From a virus (lineage: Duplodnaviria > Caudoviricetes), in IMG/VR virus record IMGVR_UViG_3300020044_001964, positions 1 to 24,528 of that record: a stretch of 24,528 nt of DNA. One strand, 5' to 3'. Of this stretch, positions 18,401 to 23,894 are shown one piece after another (positions within the stretch are counted from its first letter, which is position 1; the number at the start of each line of letters is the position of its first letter). Under the pieces are notes generated by a model. The model did not search any database and was not told where the DNA came from. It saw only the letters and a program-made list of their open reading frames with translations. Both the position numbers and the translations under genes were made by a program.

Positions 18401-18617
18401 GGTGCTCAAGACAGAGCAGCGTCTGTCTAAACTCAGAAACTACAAGAACGCCATCATGACCAATCAGAACTATGACCCTGACACCAGAAGGGAAATGGTT
18501 GATCAGATAGACGAGCAGATGAGGATGGTTGTATCTGATATCGAGATCGCAAGACGAATGGCTTACGGGACAGAGCCAAGCGAATCAATGGAAGGATTGA
18601 GACAGTCTGTTCGCTGA
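9474..18617 (+). CDS. Large polyvalent ejection protein: zincin metallopeptidase + ART-like + HhH glycosylase-like + LPD38
   Basis: 3047 aa. HEVVH 12381-12395 with EEAVAE 12543-12560; NFWRWFGDS...FYHGT 13080-13154 and GYDS...VKSALGNNGQF 14094-14192; GPKIG 14943, VTIDMW ~15000, LQALVWY 15408-15428; LPD38-type IPKPFE...NTSFFTGRPIVP...SPMKIEHVARGYFGTLG ~17600-18240. Confidence 0.85.
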   Translation: MPYKIVRNEQNLTKKITYPEGASDQQILDYASRTYGGQFQIAEPSLLGGAGALAKGVGAGAASTGLGAAQGPTAFVEEVAARGWKENLADATSAVLGALKSDSIFDKEGKYLGLEERDKVEEKENKDRSDAILGAIGGTRTPESVINSQKFLGQGIRDLRKSIVESDALAVDPEYQDHWSYKFGNALGSLGTFASIGLATRGKGPKAELVLPAFSVATGAGDQAERIARAREEGKSVDTAQALQSLSLGAAVGLTELAPVERLFKGLPKDLPAGFKNQIVARLKNALVTGGVEGTQEVAASLLQDSIERGIYNESLPFGQTMADDFTYGAAAGFAADLVLNAVAGRRSSLSTEEDLDYEKELRDEEDKQAQKYISSLTTPPVAPTPDQEIDPAQIAAPTQEDLAASVTTIDGKRGPVERVQFGTLYASKISQSLGDQFPSGIKFDVVEDQDQEGMDISFRVVDETGKQYGQRLASRRQANALSGNLNRISVDNAVAKSARDIVSSDKNAYTPEQAEQAFRLAYRALHPEYNTFGTLAVNQAAGTTAENGYREDLNYKTILAGQEIKKRGKVVGYEITAPNGKKSIVKGLTAAQQINKKRDEQGLGQARRFSKEEVTSALGKKADNLIGTFRPTQRWRAVSRRDGTYGIVSESGEFISRRPLTAREVDQRARTPEGRVSSVVPMTLGRGRAKGFVRSTEGGAPVNLGDGMVRIGSMKEARDFAQRMNSSSPPTTSIREVVGDTPTVKSYLKALKDVLRAKNITSRTKSEEMKSLFKLITGKESLAQMNEFERGLVYQRIRSLPRFDSQTALPNLSPRSFTPTQLARASRFIKDSDNRGVRYTPLDVAQAAGVAPSSSDVASIGTDLINEYKSQSPKAVPLLLPSPDSFGPNPLDSLLGSLKSVLKGYGFGDLKLSLGQTLVDPSGKLLGEETNAAYERYTKTLLFAVDRIDPNGALTPAQQEAALVDLLNHEVVHAARALDLWTEQEWSLLEKAVSRLKPEGSDTTYLENAINLYPDANPVVQIEEAVAELVRNYISNKKTVSGKPENLIKRFLSFMQRLSSAIRGTGFNTYQDVIDLLESGQLGARERGVVRTQRLGEEQRAQQGSLPERLRPIISAVSAPSAPSAPPPPERRGAGDFFADLPKEYTEKVEPEQEPSPVVRKSVRTKYVDGQPVAVVEIDGVDRPVNNALGRPIHQTLEGIKNFWRWFGDSQLVDTRGRPIVFYHGTARDIDQFRPKQADAVFGSPSVRFAESFAEASLDWMNANYDQVFTSDQMIKSSRDMIERYKRLSSDVEDEISSLARTEYQNAESSGASGFVTKGIYDIFFGENGAINKLKKSAGLRIGRMESAIKSFEENIKDIDAQIKKNLAIPAGKRTQKDDDDLNLLEEQRKERNSTLQSSMRLGIEGGPPVQIAQVEVDNSPLFFAENLKDADNKSLSSLRYMSVNLLNRVRLSASLKATDVIDLSVKEAMPSGPNIIPLYFAPKNIFDYENESHLSGLADYLMGAGANEAYTSNVIDSVRDGDWKEIEGLYVQRYLRSAGYDSFFVKENEEKNIAVYNNAAVKSALGNNGQFSPETPVIRESRRAAPAEAVAPQTTSISPDTTSIRQAPQPHPITSIGLIDGTENAPRMQSGSHVARFLQNRAIQILGGPLDIKQESAREFVAEAIASEAIAEMARKEEALEWYDTTVETMIENLSIQFPEILTDSNSRTALLVSIAVTSQNMAVPDNLRAGVEIYSGWRRTGLFPEKGFGAKAPAIKNNFEKANAIIQYLNGNGNGMADFAALLNDSYTVRELNDILNRILPGTKIGGERLDTRVYGSAVLGPKIGQGFYSNLRGEFSPVTIDMWFMRMIGRLTGTLTKYNPTLLDDQLVRLARASGLDQVSQESLTDEIRNDLISLSEETLSQHERNFKQFRAEYDSGVRTKSDAVKISERIKANLKGMNDAPTSPVQRDNLRDIVERARAKLKNYTGMDIPAASLQALVWYPEQRLHKNLGAKLRVTETDYAKSSRAFLLNQGVSESELDAAERRVRQRRESGSGRVRPGDVAADTGAEQGVRAATGAPVLREARRTPISKDVEQAAFDTAKRIADETPPGGIPLYNLNATRFSLAVAQNPQISTPLSSDESIRFSRNRPPRLSSQESSVIDRLTGDPVVKTTPGQAYIAATGLGKVTATLNMLRKEMVNRYAGIEYYERTDPRLVGNLADSSALAALEFRDRYKGIFASAITDGVVSYVPVQDAQGNVTGYVTKVVDFYHNGKKMAGLIDVMKPLFDNDYGVNLENLAQSYAIAIRAERLAKEGKETPAKAGDLATLKTAVDKYLNAETGRPIIEEWYETWQAYNSKIVDFLEATGVIDSKGADLWRDQADYVPFYREIAVGSNNEALVQAPKIFGGMTSAAGFTRLKGGDTGVNVPLLDSILRNYEAAISMGMSNVAQQRVVRDMLTIGMAEMLRFNEDANGKDVVSFKFKGQKVRAYIKDPVVYQSLQNVDPGFLDSAVFNVVFRKPAEVVRELITREPAYMLANMMRDSISAWQNTGADIIPVVSTATAMFSNPIEALRKYGIVNGYDFGADPSDVVNFFSKEAFKQGIDIPTEKRATSDMITQSLAMKPIMLLWDALGGMSAMSEAASRKAVYDSVLRETGNEAEAAYQALRVINYSRRGNNKALRFITSSVPFMNARIQGLDVMYMAASGRFGAKRSSMSKGKIASSFLIRGAMLTALSMYYYLLVSDTEEYKEATEEDRDNYYIIPVVKGDKENGVKGYSFYIPKPFENGLIFSTIPERIMASIDGLYTTKESRDFALRAIGNTLAMNPLPQIAKPVIESVSNTSFFTGRPIVPVFEQMNKLPYLQYRPTTNEAARLVSRELAERGLADISPMKIEHVARGYFGTLGTYVLNAVDSITRSATGADLPSRRIVDYPIVRRFVRQTGDSGLENQFYELRTNVDQIVGSLKKLQEEGRIDEYNAMMRSKGGLVQVKRWVLKTEQRLSKLRNYKNAIMTNQNYDPDTRREMVDQIDEQMRMVVSDIEIARRMAYGTEPSESMEGLRQSVR
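12828..12854 (+). repeat. Tandem repeat (TCTGCTCCT)x3 encoding a SAPSAPSAP linker
   Basis: Three exact 9-bp copies followed by Pro codons, in the linker after the peptidase domain. Confidence 0.85.
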
Positions 18618-18618
18618 C

Positions 18619-18652
18619 AAAAGAAAGGCCTCTTACGAGGCCTTTTCTTTTT
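18619..18652. terminator. Bidirectional Rho-independent terminator between convergent operons
   Basis: AAAGGCCTC-TTAC-GAGGCCTTT hairpin with an A-rich tract on the left and a T-rich tract on the right; 2 nt after the stop of the giant ORF; the minus-strand stop lies in the loop. Confidence 0.9.
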
Positions 18653-18800
18653 CTAGATTTGATCTTACTTCGCTAGACAGCTCTGAGTGTTTCTTCGTAA
18701 GGACATTCAAGATCATGTTTACCCAAGAGTGATCTTTCGAGATAGGCTCAAGCTCTATCCTTGCCCTGCGAAGCCGCTCAAGCATTTCAGTATTCGTCAT
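18633..18800 (-). CDS. Hypothetical small helical protein
   Basis: ATG 18800 (MTNTEMLERL...) overlaps the ninB end; preferred to the longer TTG start at 18833. Confidence 0.55.
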   Translation of the reverse strand: MTNTEMLERLRRARIELEPISKDHSWVNMILNVLTKKHSELSSEVRSNLEKEKAS

Positions 18801-19134
18801 CTTCTGTCCACTCCACTCCCTGTTGTATTCCAAATGCGTAGATCAAGTCGATCAGGTCTGCCATCTCGCCCTTCGTCAGCTTGGACGTTGGGTATCCAAG
18901 TATCACTTTGCCGCCATCAATTCCGGGCGCTACCTTTTGCTTCCTGAGCGCGGCTGTGAATATTTGTTTCCATTCATCCTTGGTGTAGTAGTCGCCGCAC
19001 CAGCAGACTTGCAGCGCAACATCCCCAAGGATCCCCCACATCTTGTCGTTTTGAGACAGCGTTCTTTTCTTCTTCTTGATGTCTCCGGCTATCGCTTCTT
19101 CTAGGTTAGGAATTTCCACCGGTTCTTTTCTCAA
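18787..19134 (-). CDS. ninB: NinB (lambda Orf)-like recombination protein
   Basis: KRTLSQNDKMWGILGDVALQVCWCG...EWKQIFTAAL...VAPGIDGG..ILGYPTSKLTKGEMADLIDLIYAFG...VEW matches the NinB motif series; start (TTG 19134) uncertain. Confidence 0.88.
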   Translation of the reverse strand: MRKEPVEIPNLEEAIAGDIKKKKRTLSQNDKMWGILGDVALQVCWCGDYYTKDEWKQIFTAALRKQKVAPGIDGGKVILGYPTSKLTKGEMADLIDLIYAFGIQQGVEWTEDDEY

Positions 19135-19366
19135 GTTCTATTAGTAGGTCTATCTCGTGTTTTGCTTTCTCAAGATCCTCAAACCTGTTGCTTGCAGGCT
19201 TGTCCCTCCACCTCGTCATGCGTTTAACCACGCATCCTTCCAAGAAACCTAGCCCGTTTGCGTGGATGTACTCGGCTGGCTGAATCTTCTTGTTCTTGTA
19301 ATGAGATCCGCCAACTTGAACACCCAAGCTTCCGGCCTTTTTCTCGCGCGACGCTTCCTTTTTCAA
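19106..19366 (-). CDS. DUF3310 family protein (T7 gp1.7-related nucleotide kinase family)
   Basis: QVGGSHYK...IQPAEYI...GFLEGCVVK...R...K...EDLEKAKH. TTG 19366 overlaps the upstream TGA, with GGGAG SD. Confidence 0.85.
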   Translation of the reverse strand: MKKEASREKKAGSLGVQVGGSHYKNKKIQPAEYIHANGLGFLEGCVVKRMTRWRDKPASNRFEDLEKAKHEIDLLIELEKRTGGNS

Positions 19367-19578
19367 TCCAGATTGCTCCCTTCTGACTGTTTGATGAACT
19401 CTCGCATCTTGATTGAGAGATCGTCCAACCGATAAAGACATGACTCTATTCTTCGGATAGATATCCGAGCAGACCTTTGTCCACTTGGGGCGGTCATGTC
19501 CTGTTTACACAGAGAGTTGCACTCGGAGAACGCATCGAACAAGGCCATTTTTATCTGCTCTCTCGGGTCAATCATCAT
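19363..19578 (-). CDS. Hypothetical protein
   Basis: 71-aa ORF tiling the operon, stop overlapping the next start. Confidence 0.55.
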   Translation of the reverse strand: MMIDPREQIKMALFDAFSECNSLCKQDMTAPSGQRSARISIRRIESCLYRLDDLSIKMREFIKQSEGSNLD

Positions 19579-19640
19579 CTACACCCAAAGACAACTGTCC
19601 GTATGCGGAAGTTTCCGCGTTGTGGTTTCTTGTGTTTAAA

Positions 19641-19961
19641 TCAATCGGACTCTTTGACAAACGTCCCGTCTGGCATCAGTGTCCCTTTCCTGTCCTTGAT
19701 CTGGTTATAGGCCTCGTACAGGCAGAGCGTGATGTCTATCCCCCGCAGCTCACAATAGTTGATCAGGCAGACCATGACGTCTCCGACAGCATCAACTATG
19801 GCGTCAGTGTCTTTCTTGCCTTCTGCATCGCACAACTCGCCCATCTCGCTCACCGCTTTCAGCAGTTGGCTTACTGGCGTTGCGTTCGGAATGATCTTCC
19901 TTTCTCTAGCCCAGACAACTATAAGATCCTGAACAACTTCAAAGCTCATTTCTTCACTCAT
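19641..19961 (-). CDS. mazG: MazG-like nucleotide pyrophosphohydrolase
   Basis: QLLKAVSEMGEL...DAVGDVMVCL acidic metal-binding motif and AYNQIKDRKG...GTFVKE tail of phage single-domain MazG-like proteins. Confidence 0.88.
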   Translation of the reverse strand: MSEEMSFEVVQDLIVVWARERKIIPNATPVSQLLKAVSEMGELCDAEGKKDTDAIVDAVGDVMVCLINYCELRGIDITLCLYEAYNQIKDRKGTLMPDGTFVKESD

Positions 19962-20379
19962 TTATCAACGTGAAATCATTTATGTCGAAGTGACACACCG
20001 GCTCTCTATCCCCAGCCTGACCCCTAGAGTTGAATCCTATGGAAGGCCTTGGCGGATTCTTAATCAACATCCATCTCGGCAGATCGTCTTCCCACTGAAC
20101 AATCAAGATGAACGGAACATCATACTCTCTTGAGTATGACATTGCGTTTGCTATCTTTCCACTACTTATTAGGAGCGTCTTGTACGTTCCAAACTTGTGA
20201 GACCTTTTCTTGAACTCTGCGATTGCGACCAGCTTCTCGTCCCGAAACAAAGCCCAGTCGAACCCATAAAGCATTGGCTGAAGCTTGATCACTTCGGCGT
20301 CCCAAGCACGCTCTATAAGAATCTTGGCTGAGTTCTCTATGTTTAAATCTTCTTGAGTCTCGTTGTAAGGTCTCCACAC
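19954..20379 (-). CDS. PD-(D/E)xK nuclease-fold protein
   Basis: FDWALF...IAEFKKR provides a D...ExK core, followed by YKTLLISSGK and PFILIVQW; GTG start. Confidence 0.7.
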   Translation of the reverse strand: MWRPYNETQEDLNIENSAKILIERAWDAEVIKLQPMLYGFDWALFRDEKLVAIAEFKKRSHKFGTYKTLLISSGKIANAMSYSREYDVPFILIVQWEDDLPRWMLIKNPPRPSIGFNSRGQAGDREPVCHFDINDFTLINE

Positions 20380-20398
20380 TTTTATTTGTCTCTCTATA

Positions 20399-20683
20399 TC
20401 ACTTCTCTATCCAAAGATTCCTGACCCGCTCCCAGCTTTTTCGGTCGCAGTCATGCCCTAACGGTTTGTGTTGATCGCCTCTGACGCGAGCCTTGTCGTC
20501 CATGTCGAACTCAGTCTCAACATCTCTTCTGATGGTGTTCTTTGTCTCTTCAGAGAATGACTTCCAGTTCGTGATAAGGATCCGACAGAAGTCGTCTACC
20601 GCATATGTCATCCGACCGAGGTAGTATCTTGTTGCGCCAACAAACAAAGTCAGCTCTTCGTCCCTATTCATTTTGTCCGTCAC
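20399..20683 (-). CDS. Conserved phage hypothetical protein
   Basis: ATRYYLGRMTY...LGHDCDRKSW motif resembles a recurrent phage family; GTG start abuts the upstream TAG. Confidence 0.7.
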   Translation of the reverse strand: MTDKMNRDEELTLFVGATRYYLGRMTYAVDDFCRILITNWKSFSEETKNTIRRDVETEFDMDDKARVRGDQHKPLGHDCDRKSWERVRNLWIEK

Positions 20684-20914
20684 CTACCTGACGTGCTTCC
20701 ATGTTTTTCCATTTATTACGCTTTCGACCGCGTTCTTTCCGACCTCAAACTTCCTAGCTAAAACCCGATGACTTATCCCCTCTCGGCCCAAAGCCCTTAT
20801 CAGCCTGACGTCGTCATCTGTCAGCTTTGCCTTCGGGTGTCTTTCCCCTCTGCGGGTCAGATACAAATCCTTTTTGTTGGCGTTTAAACTTTTGTCTTCG
20901 TGTTCTTGGTCCAT
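20684..20914 (-). CDS. Stand-alone HTH DNA-binding protein (like the C-terminal domain of phage HNH endonucleases)
   Basis: GERHPKAKLTDDDVRLIR...SHRVLARKFEVGKNAVESVINGKTWKHV; ATG 20914 coupled by TGATG. Confidence 0.75.
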   Translation of the reverse strand: MDQEHEDKSLNANKKDLYLTRRGERHPKAKLTDDDVRLIRALGREGISHRVLARKFEVGKNAVESVINGKTWKHVR

Positions 20915-21255
20915 CAAAACGGAAGCCTCCTGAACCATCCATTGATACCTAAAGAACTGCTAGAGATTCTTAGCTTTGCCCACTCTTGCATCAGAGGGGC
21001 GTCTGGATTCCACATCAGACCAGACTTCTTCTTTGCTCTCGATACTCTTATCTTACATCTTTTGAACCAATTTACTACAGTAGATTCTGACACAGAATAC
21101 TTGTTAGATATCTCTTCTATCGACATCGTCTCTGCGTTTTTCTTTATCGTATCTTCGCCGGGAAACTTTCTGTTCGGTGGAGACCTTGCAATAATCTTCT
21201 TTCCTGTGGCCCGCTTCTGAGCCATTACCTCATCCCAGCTACCTTGAATTGGCAT
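20914..21255 (-). CDS. HTH DNA-binding protein
   Basis: MSIEEISNKYSVSESTVVNWFKRCKI helix-turn-helix; ATG 21255 coupled by TGATG. Confidence 0.7.
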   Translation of the reverse strand: MPIQGSWDEVMAQKRATGKKIIARSPPNRKFPGEDTIKKNAETMSIEEISNKYSVSESTVVNWFKRCKIRVSRAKKKSGLMWNPDAPLMQEWAKLRISSSSLGINGWFRRLPF

Positions 21256-21392
21256 CAAAACGTCCTTGAAATTATCCAGTCAGCAATCGTTGCTAACGTC
21301 CACCACGCGATTGATCCGACAACAAGCACTGCCCAACCAATCATGACAATCGATGTTGTGTTTTCGACCTTGCAGAATCTTTTGTCTTCCAT
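21255..21392 (-). CDS. Small single-pass membrane protein (45 aa)
   Basis: Not in ORF track: MEDKRFCKVENTTSIVMIGWAVLVVGSIAWWTLATIADWIISRTF; TGATG overlaps at both ends and it fills the gap exactly. Confidence 0.75.
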   Translation of the reverse strand: MEDKRFCKVENTTSIVMIGWAVLVVGSIAWWTLATIADWIISRTF

Positions 21393-21811
21393 CAGACCCA
21401 CCCAACGAACTCTATTCTTCCGGTCTCGCCTTTTGAGCGCAGCTCCTTCATCCTTGCCAGCTCATTCCTGTAGTGCTTTGCGATATCCCCGACGCCCTTG
21501 GTCTTCCTGACTTGCTTTGCTCGGTCGATGTTGTTCTTCAACTCGATCAGCAAGTCATACTGGGACTCGGTTAAACACTCTCTTATTCTTTGTTCTGTTC
21601 CGCCTACGTGTGAGTGGCACCCGTAGCACAGAGCCTCTGCATTGAGAGGCTCGAACCGTATAGACCAATGCCCTCGTCTGTGATGATGAGAGCAGTGCAG
21701 ACCTTGATAGCCCTCCCCATACTGCTTTCCGCACCTCTCGCAGCGCCACCCGGCCCTCTCCCGGATACACCGGGAGAAGGCTTGGTCGGCAGGGGTGATC
21801 TTGATCAGCAC
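21392..21811 (-). CDS. ninG: NinG/Rap-like HNH-type endonuclease
   Basis: DQAFSRCIRER...CERCG...LHCSHHHRRG..SIRFEPLNAEALCYGCH; GTG 21811 lies just after the upstream TAA. Confidence 0.8.
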   Translation of the reverse strand: MLIKITPADQAFSRCIRERAGWRCERCGKQYGEGYQGLHCSHHHRRGHWSIRFEPLNAEALCYGCHSHVGGTEQRIRECLTESQYDLLIELKNNIDRAKQVRKTKGVGDIAKHYRNELARMKELRSKGETGRIEFVGWV

Positions 21812-21812
21812 C

Positions 21813-22088
21813 TTAGAACGGGTCGTCGTTGAACGGGACGGAAGCCTTGTCCTCTCGCTCGCGGAAGACTGACGCATTCAAGCTGATGAACCGGTTACCG
21901 GCCTTGCTTGTCTTGTCCCAGCCGGAGATAGACAGCTTGATCTCACCGCCAGCTCGGGCGATATCCACCATCTGGCGAAGCAGATCCTTGCTGAACGTCA
22001 TGTTGCCGGTGAAGTCCGGGTGGTTCGACTTCTGTTTGCGCGTATTGGTGAACAGTGCGCCACTGGTACGGTCTGCATAATCATTCAT
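21813..22088 (-). CDS. Putative single-stranded DNA-binding protein (DUF736-like)
   Basis: SGALFTN..K....HPDFTG...ISGW.KTSKAGNRFISL; acidic/aromatic tail NDDPF like the SSB C-terminus; ATG 22088 with GGAG SD; adjacent to the SSAP. Confidence 0.75.
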   Translation of the reverse strand: MNDYADRTSGALFTNTRKQKSNHPDFTGNMTFSKDLLRQMVDIARAGGEIKLSISGWDKTSKAGNRFISLNASVFREREDKASVPFNDDPF

Positions 22089-22089
22089 T

Positions 22090-22836
22090 TCACTCTCCAA
22101 CTTTCTGCAAAATATTCTGTTTAATTTCAGTGAAGCCTTCTCGGAGCCTTGCAAAAGCAGGCTTGAAGTTGTGATCAAGAACATCAATCAGTTTCTTGTT
22201 GGCATTCCAGAAAGAAACTAGTGACTGAACGTCATCACAAAACTCTTTTGCAATATTCAGCATCATTTCCACAACCTCTGCCGCATGTTCGGCAGTGACA
22301 GGATGGGATACGTTCACGGTCAAATCTTTCTCTGTGATGATTGATGCCGCCGGTGCGGGGATATCATCTTCAACGCTCGAAAGATCCGCTTTCGCAATCG
22401 ACTTTGGCTTTTCTACCTTTGCCTCTTGCTTCTCCTTCTCTGGCTTCGGGTCGCTCTTGATCTCTGGCAGATCCTCTCCCGCATATATGTAGTGCCCGAG
22501 ACCAAACATCGCCAACGTCTTCACCAAGCAACGCATCTTCGCGTCGCTCACCTGCCTCGCGCTTGGCTTAACGATGGCGTTGTTCTTGTGGTCCATCACT
22601 GGAAGCCACATCGAACGCTTTACGCTTTTGATTTGGATCGTGCAATGAACAGTCTCGCTGCCATCCTGATGAACTTCGTTATCAGAAAACTCATAGGTGG
22701 AGTCCGGGAACTCCTCCATCAAGACCGCCCAAGCCCAAGCCCAGCTCAGGTAACTGAGTCCAAGCTTTTTCTCGACGTGTTTAGACACATCGATGGAGCT
22801 AAGGGTTGACCAAATCTCACCGAATTCTGAACTCAA
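22090..22836 (-). CDS. DUF1071/Sak3-type single-strand annealing protein (Rad52-like)
   Basis: IDVSKHVEKK.GLSYLSWAWAW...WLPVMD.KN...MRCLVK.LAMFGLG.YIYAGEDLP; TTG start with AAGGAG SD. Confidence 0.88.
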   Translation of the reverse strand: MSSEFGEIWSTLSSIDVSKHVEKKLGLSYLSWAWAWAVLMEEFPDSTYEFSDNEVHQDGSETVHCTIQIKSVKRSMWLPVMDHKNNAIVKPSARQVSDAKMRCLVKTLAMFGLGHYIYAGEDLPEIKSDPKPEKEKQEAKVEKPKSIAKADLSSVEDDIPAPAASIITEKDLTVNVSHPVTAEHAAEVVEMMLNIAKEFCDDVQSLVSFWNANKKLIDVLDHNFKPAFARLREGFTEIKQNILQKVGE

Positions 22837-23029
22837 GACCGTTCTCCTTTAGCTTTTCAATTATTTCGGCCTCGGTCATGTCGATGAATTCCTTTACATC
22901 AACACGCCAAACAACCTTTTCATCTGACGTGAACGTGAGTCCATCGACTGCCACAACAGACAGGTCAGATAGAACATCATTCCAAACACCCGCAAGCTTC
23001 TGAAATATTCGCGGGTCTGTGCTAATCAC
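22817..23029 (-). CDS. Hypothetical protein
   Basis: GTG 23029 preceded by AAGGAGG; 70 aa; tiles between the exonuclease and the SSAP. Confidence 0.6.
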   Translation of the reverse strand: MISTDPRIFQKLAGVWNDVLSDLSVVAVDGLTFTSDEKVVWRVDVKEFIDMTEAEIIEKLKENGLEFRIR

Positions 23030-23894
23030 CGTTCTCCTCCTTAAATGCTTTCCATTGATCGCACCACCTAGACACCCTGCACCAGTCTCCAGCGCAGCGA
23101 GTCCTCTCTCCCGGCCTGTGTTCAATCACAAGCCCCGGCTCCAGCATGGCTTTCGCCTTCTCTTCCGAATCAAACACGCGGATAGCGCGTTTGTTTCCAG
23201 ACTTCTTGACCGCCCAAGAATCACCCTTCTGCCACATCTCTTCAGGTGAGCAATCACGGATCTGCTCAGACGTAAGCCGGTTAAACTCTGCGTTTTGGTG
23301 CAGAGAAACCCTGTCGTACACGTACTTCTTGCGTCGCTCCTCATCCCACAACGCGACATCAACCTCGACAATCGGAGCCTTCGGGTAGTCTTGCTTTTGC
23401 TCCGCCTCCTTGGCCTTCCAGTCCCTGCAAATCGCAATGACCTTCAGCGCCCTGACGTTGACATGCTTCTGCTGCAACAGAAAAGCGTAGCAGTTTAGCT
23501 GGAGTTCCCACTCCGGTTTCCCATAGATCACAGACCAAACACTGGTGGTCTTGTAGTCCATGACCGTCACAGAGCCATCGTTGTGTACTTGCTGTACGTC
23601 GATGGCACCAGAGATCGTCCAGCCTGCTACGTCGGTAAAGATCCTCTCTTCGCTTACGAACGATCCATCAGCCGTGTCCTCGAACATCTTGTGTGCGGCT
23701 GTTCCGAGAACCGCCCAGAGTTTCTCTGAGCAGTCCTCTTCCATCTCGTCCCAGTTCTCCTGTCTGAGAATCCTGATCCGAGGCGAATCGATCAGTTGGG
23801 TGACTGACCGATTGCTTTCTCCGCGCGTGTATTCGTTACGGGTAAGCGCCCGAACAACCGGGTCAGGCAATCCGTATCGATTCGTCAGCTTCAT
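23022..23894 (-). CDS. Cas4/RecB-like PD-(D/E)xK exonuclease
   Basis: ATG 23894 (ATGA overlap). SVTQL, GTAAH, EERIF, ISGAID, DYKTT, QLNCY motifs; C-terminal Cys cluster. The ORF-track N-terminal extension overlaps another gene. Confidence 0.88.
   Translation of the reverse strand: MKLTNRYGLPDPVVRALTRNEYTRGESNRSVTQLIDSPRIRILRQENWDEMEEDCSEKLWAVLGTAAHKMFEDTADGSFVSEERIFTDVAGWTISGAIDVQQVHNDGSVTVMDYKTTSVWSVIYGKPEWELQLNCYAFLLQQKHVNVRALKVIAICRDWKAKEAEQKQDYPKAPIVEVDVALWDEERRKKYVYDRVSLHQNAEFNRLTSEQIRDCSPEEMWQKGDSWAVKKSGNKRAIRVFDSEEKAKAMLEPGLVIEHRPGERTRCAGDWCRVSRWCDQWKAFKEENGD

Noticed and set aside
19576-19643. In-frame open stretch after the mazG TGA with a small GCGGA-N4-TCCGC hairpin (19605-19618), suggesting read-through
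   Set aside because: Only 21 codons, MazG already ends at its usual C-terminal motif, and the hairpin is weak; compatible with chance.
19477-19973. Plus-strand ORFs of 77 and 162 aa in the early region
   Set aside because: Antisense to mazG and its neighbour; no motif or SD support.
23022-23894. Cas4-like gene as a sign of CRISPR-Cas
   Set aside because: No repeat-spacer array or other cas genes; the context is phage recombination.
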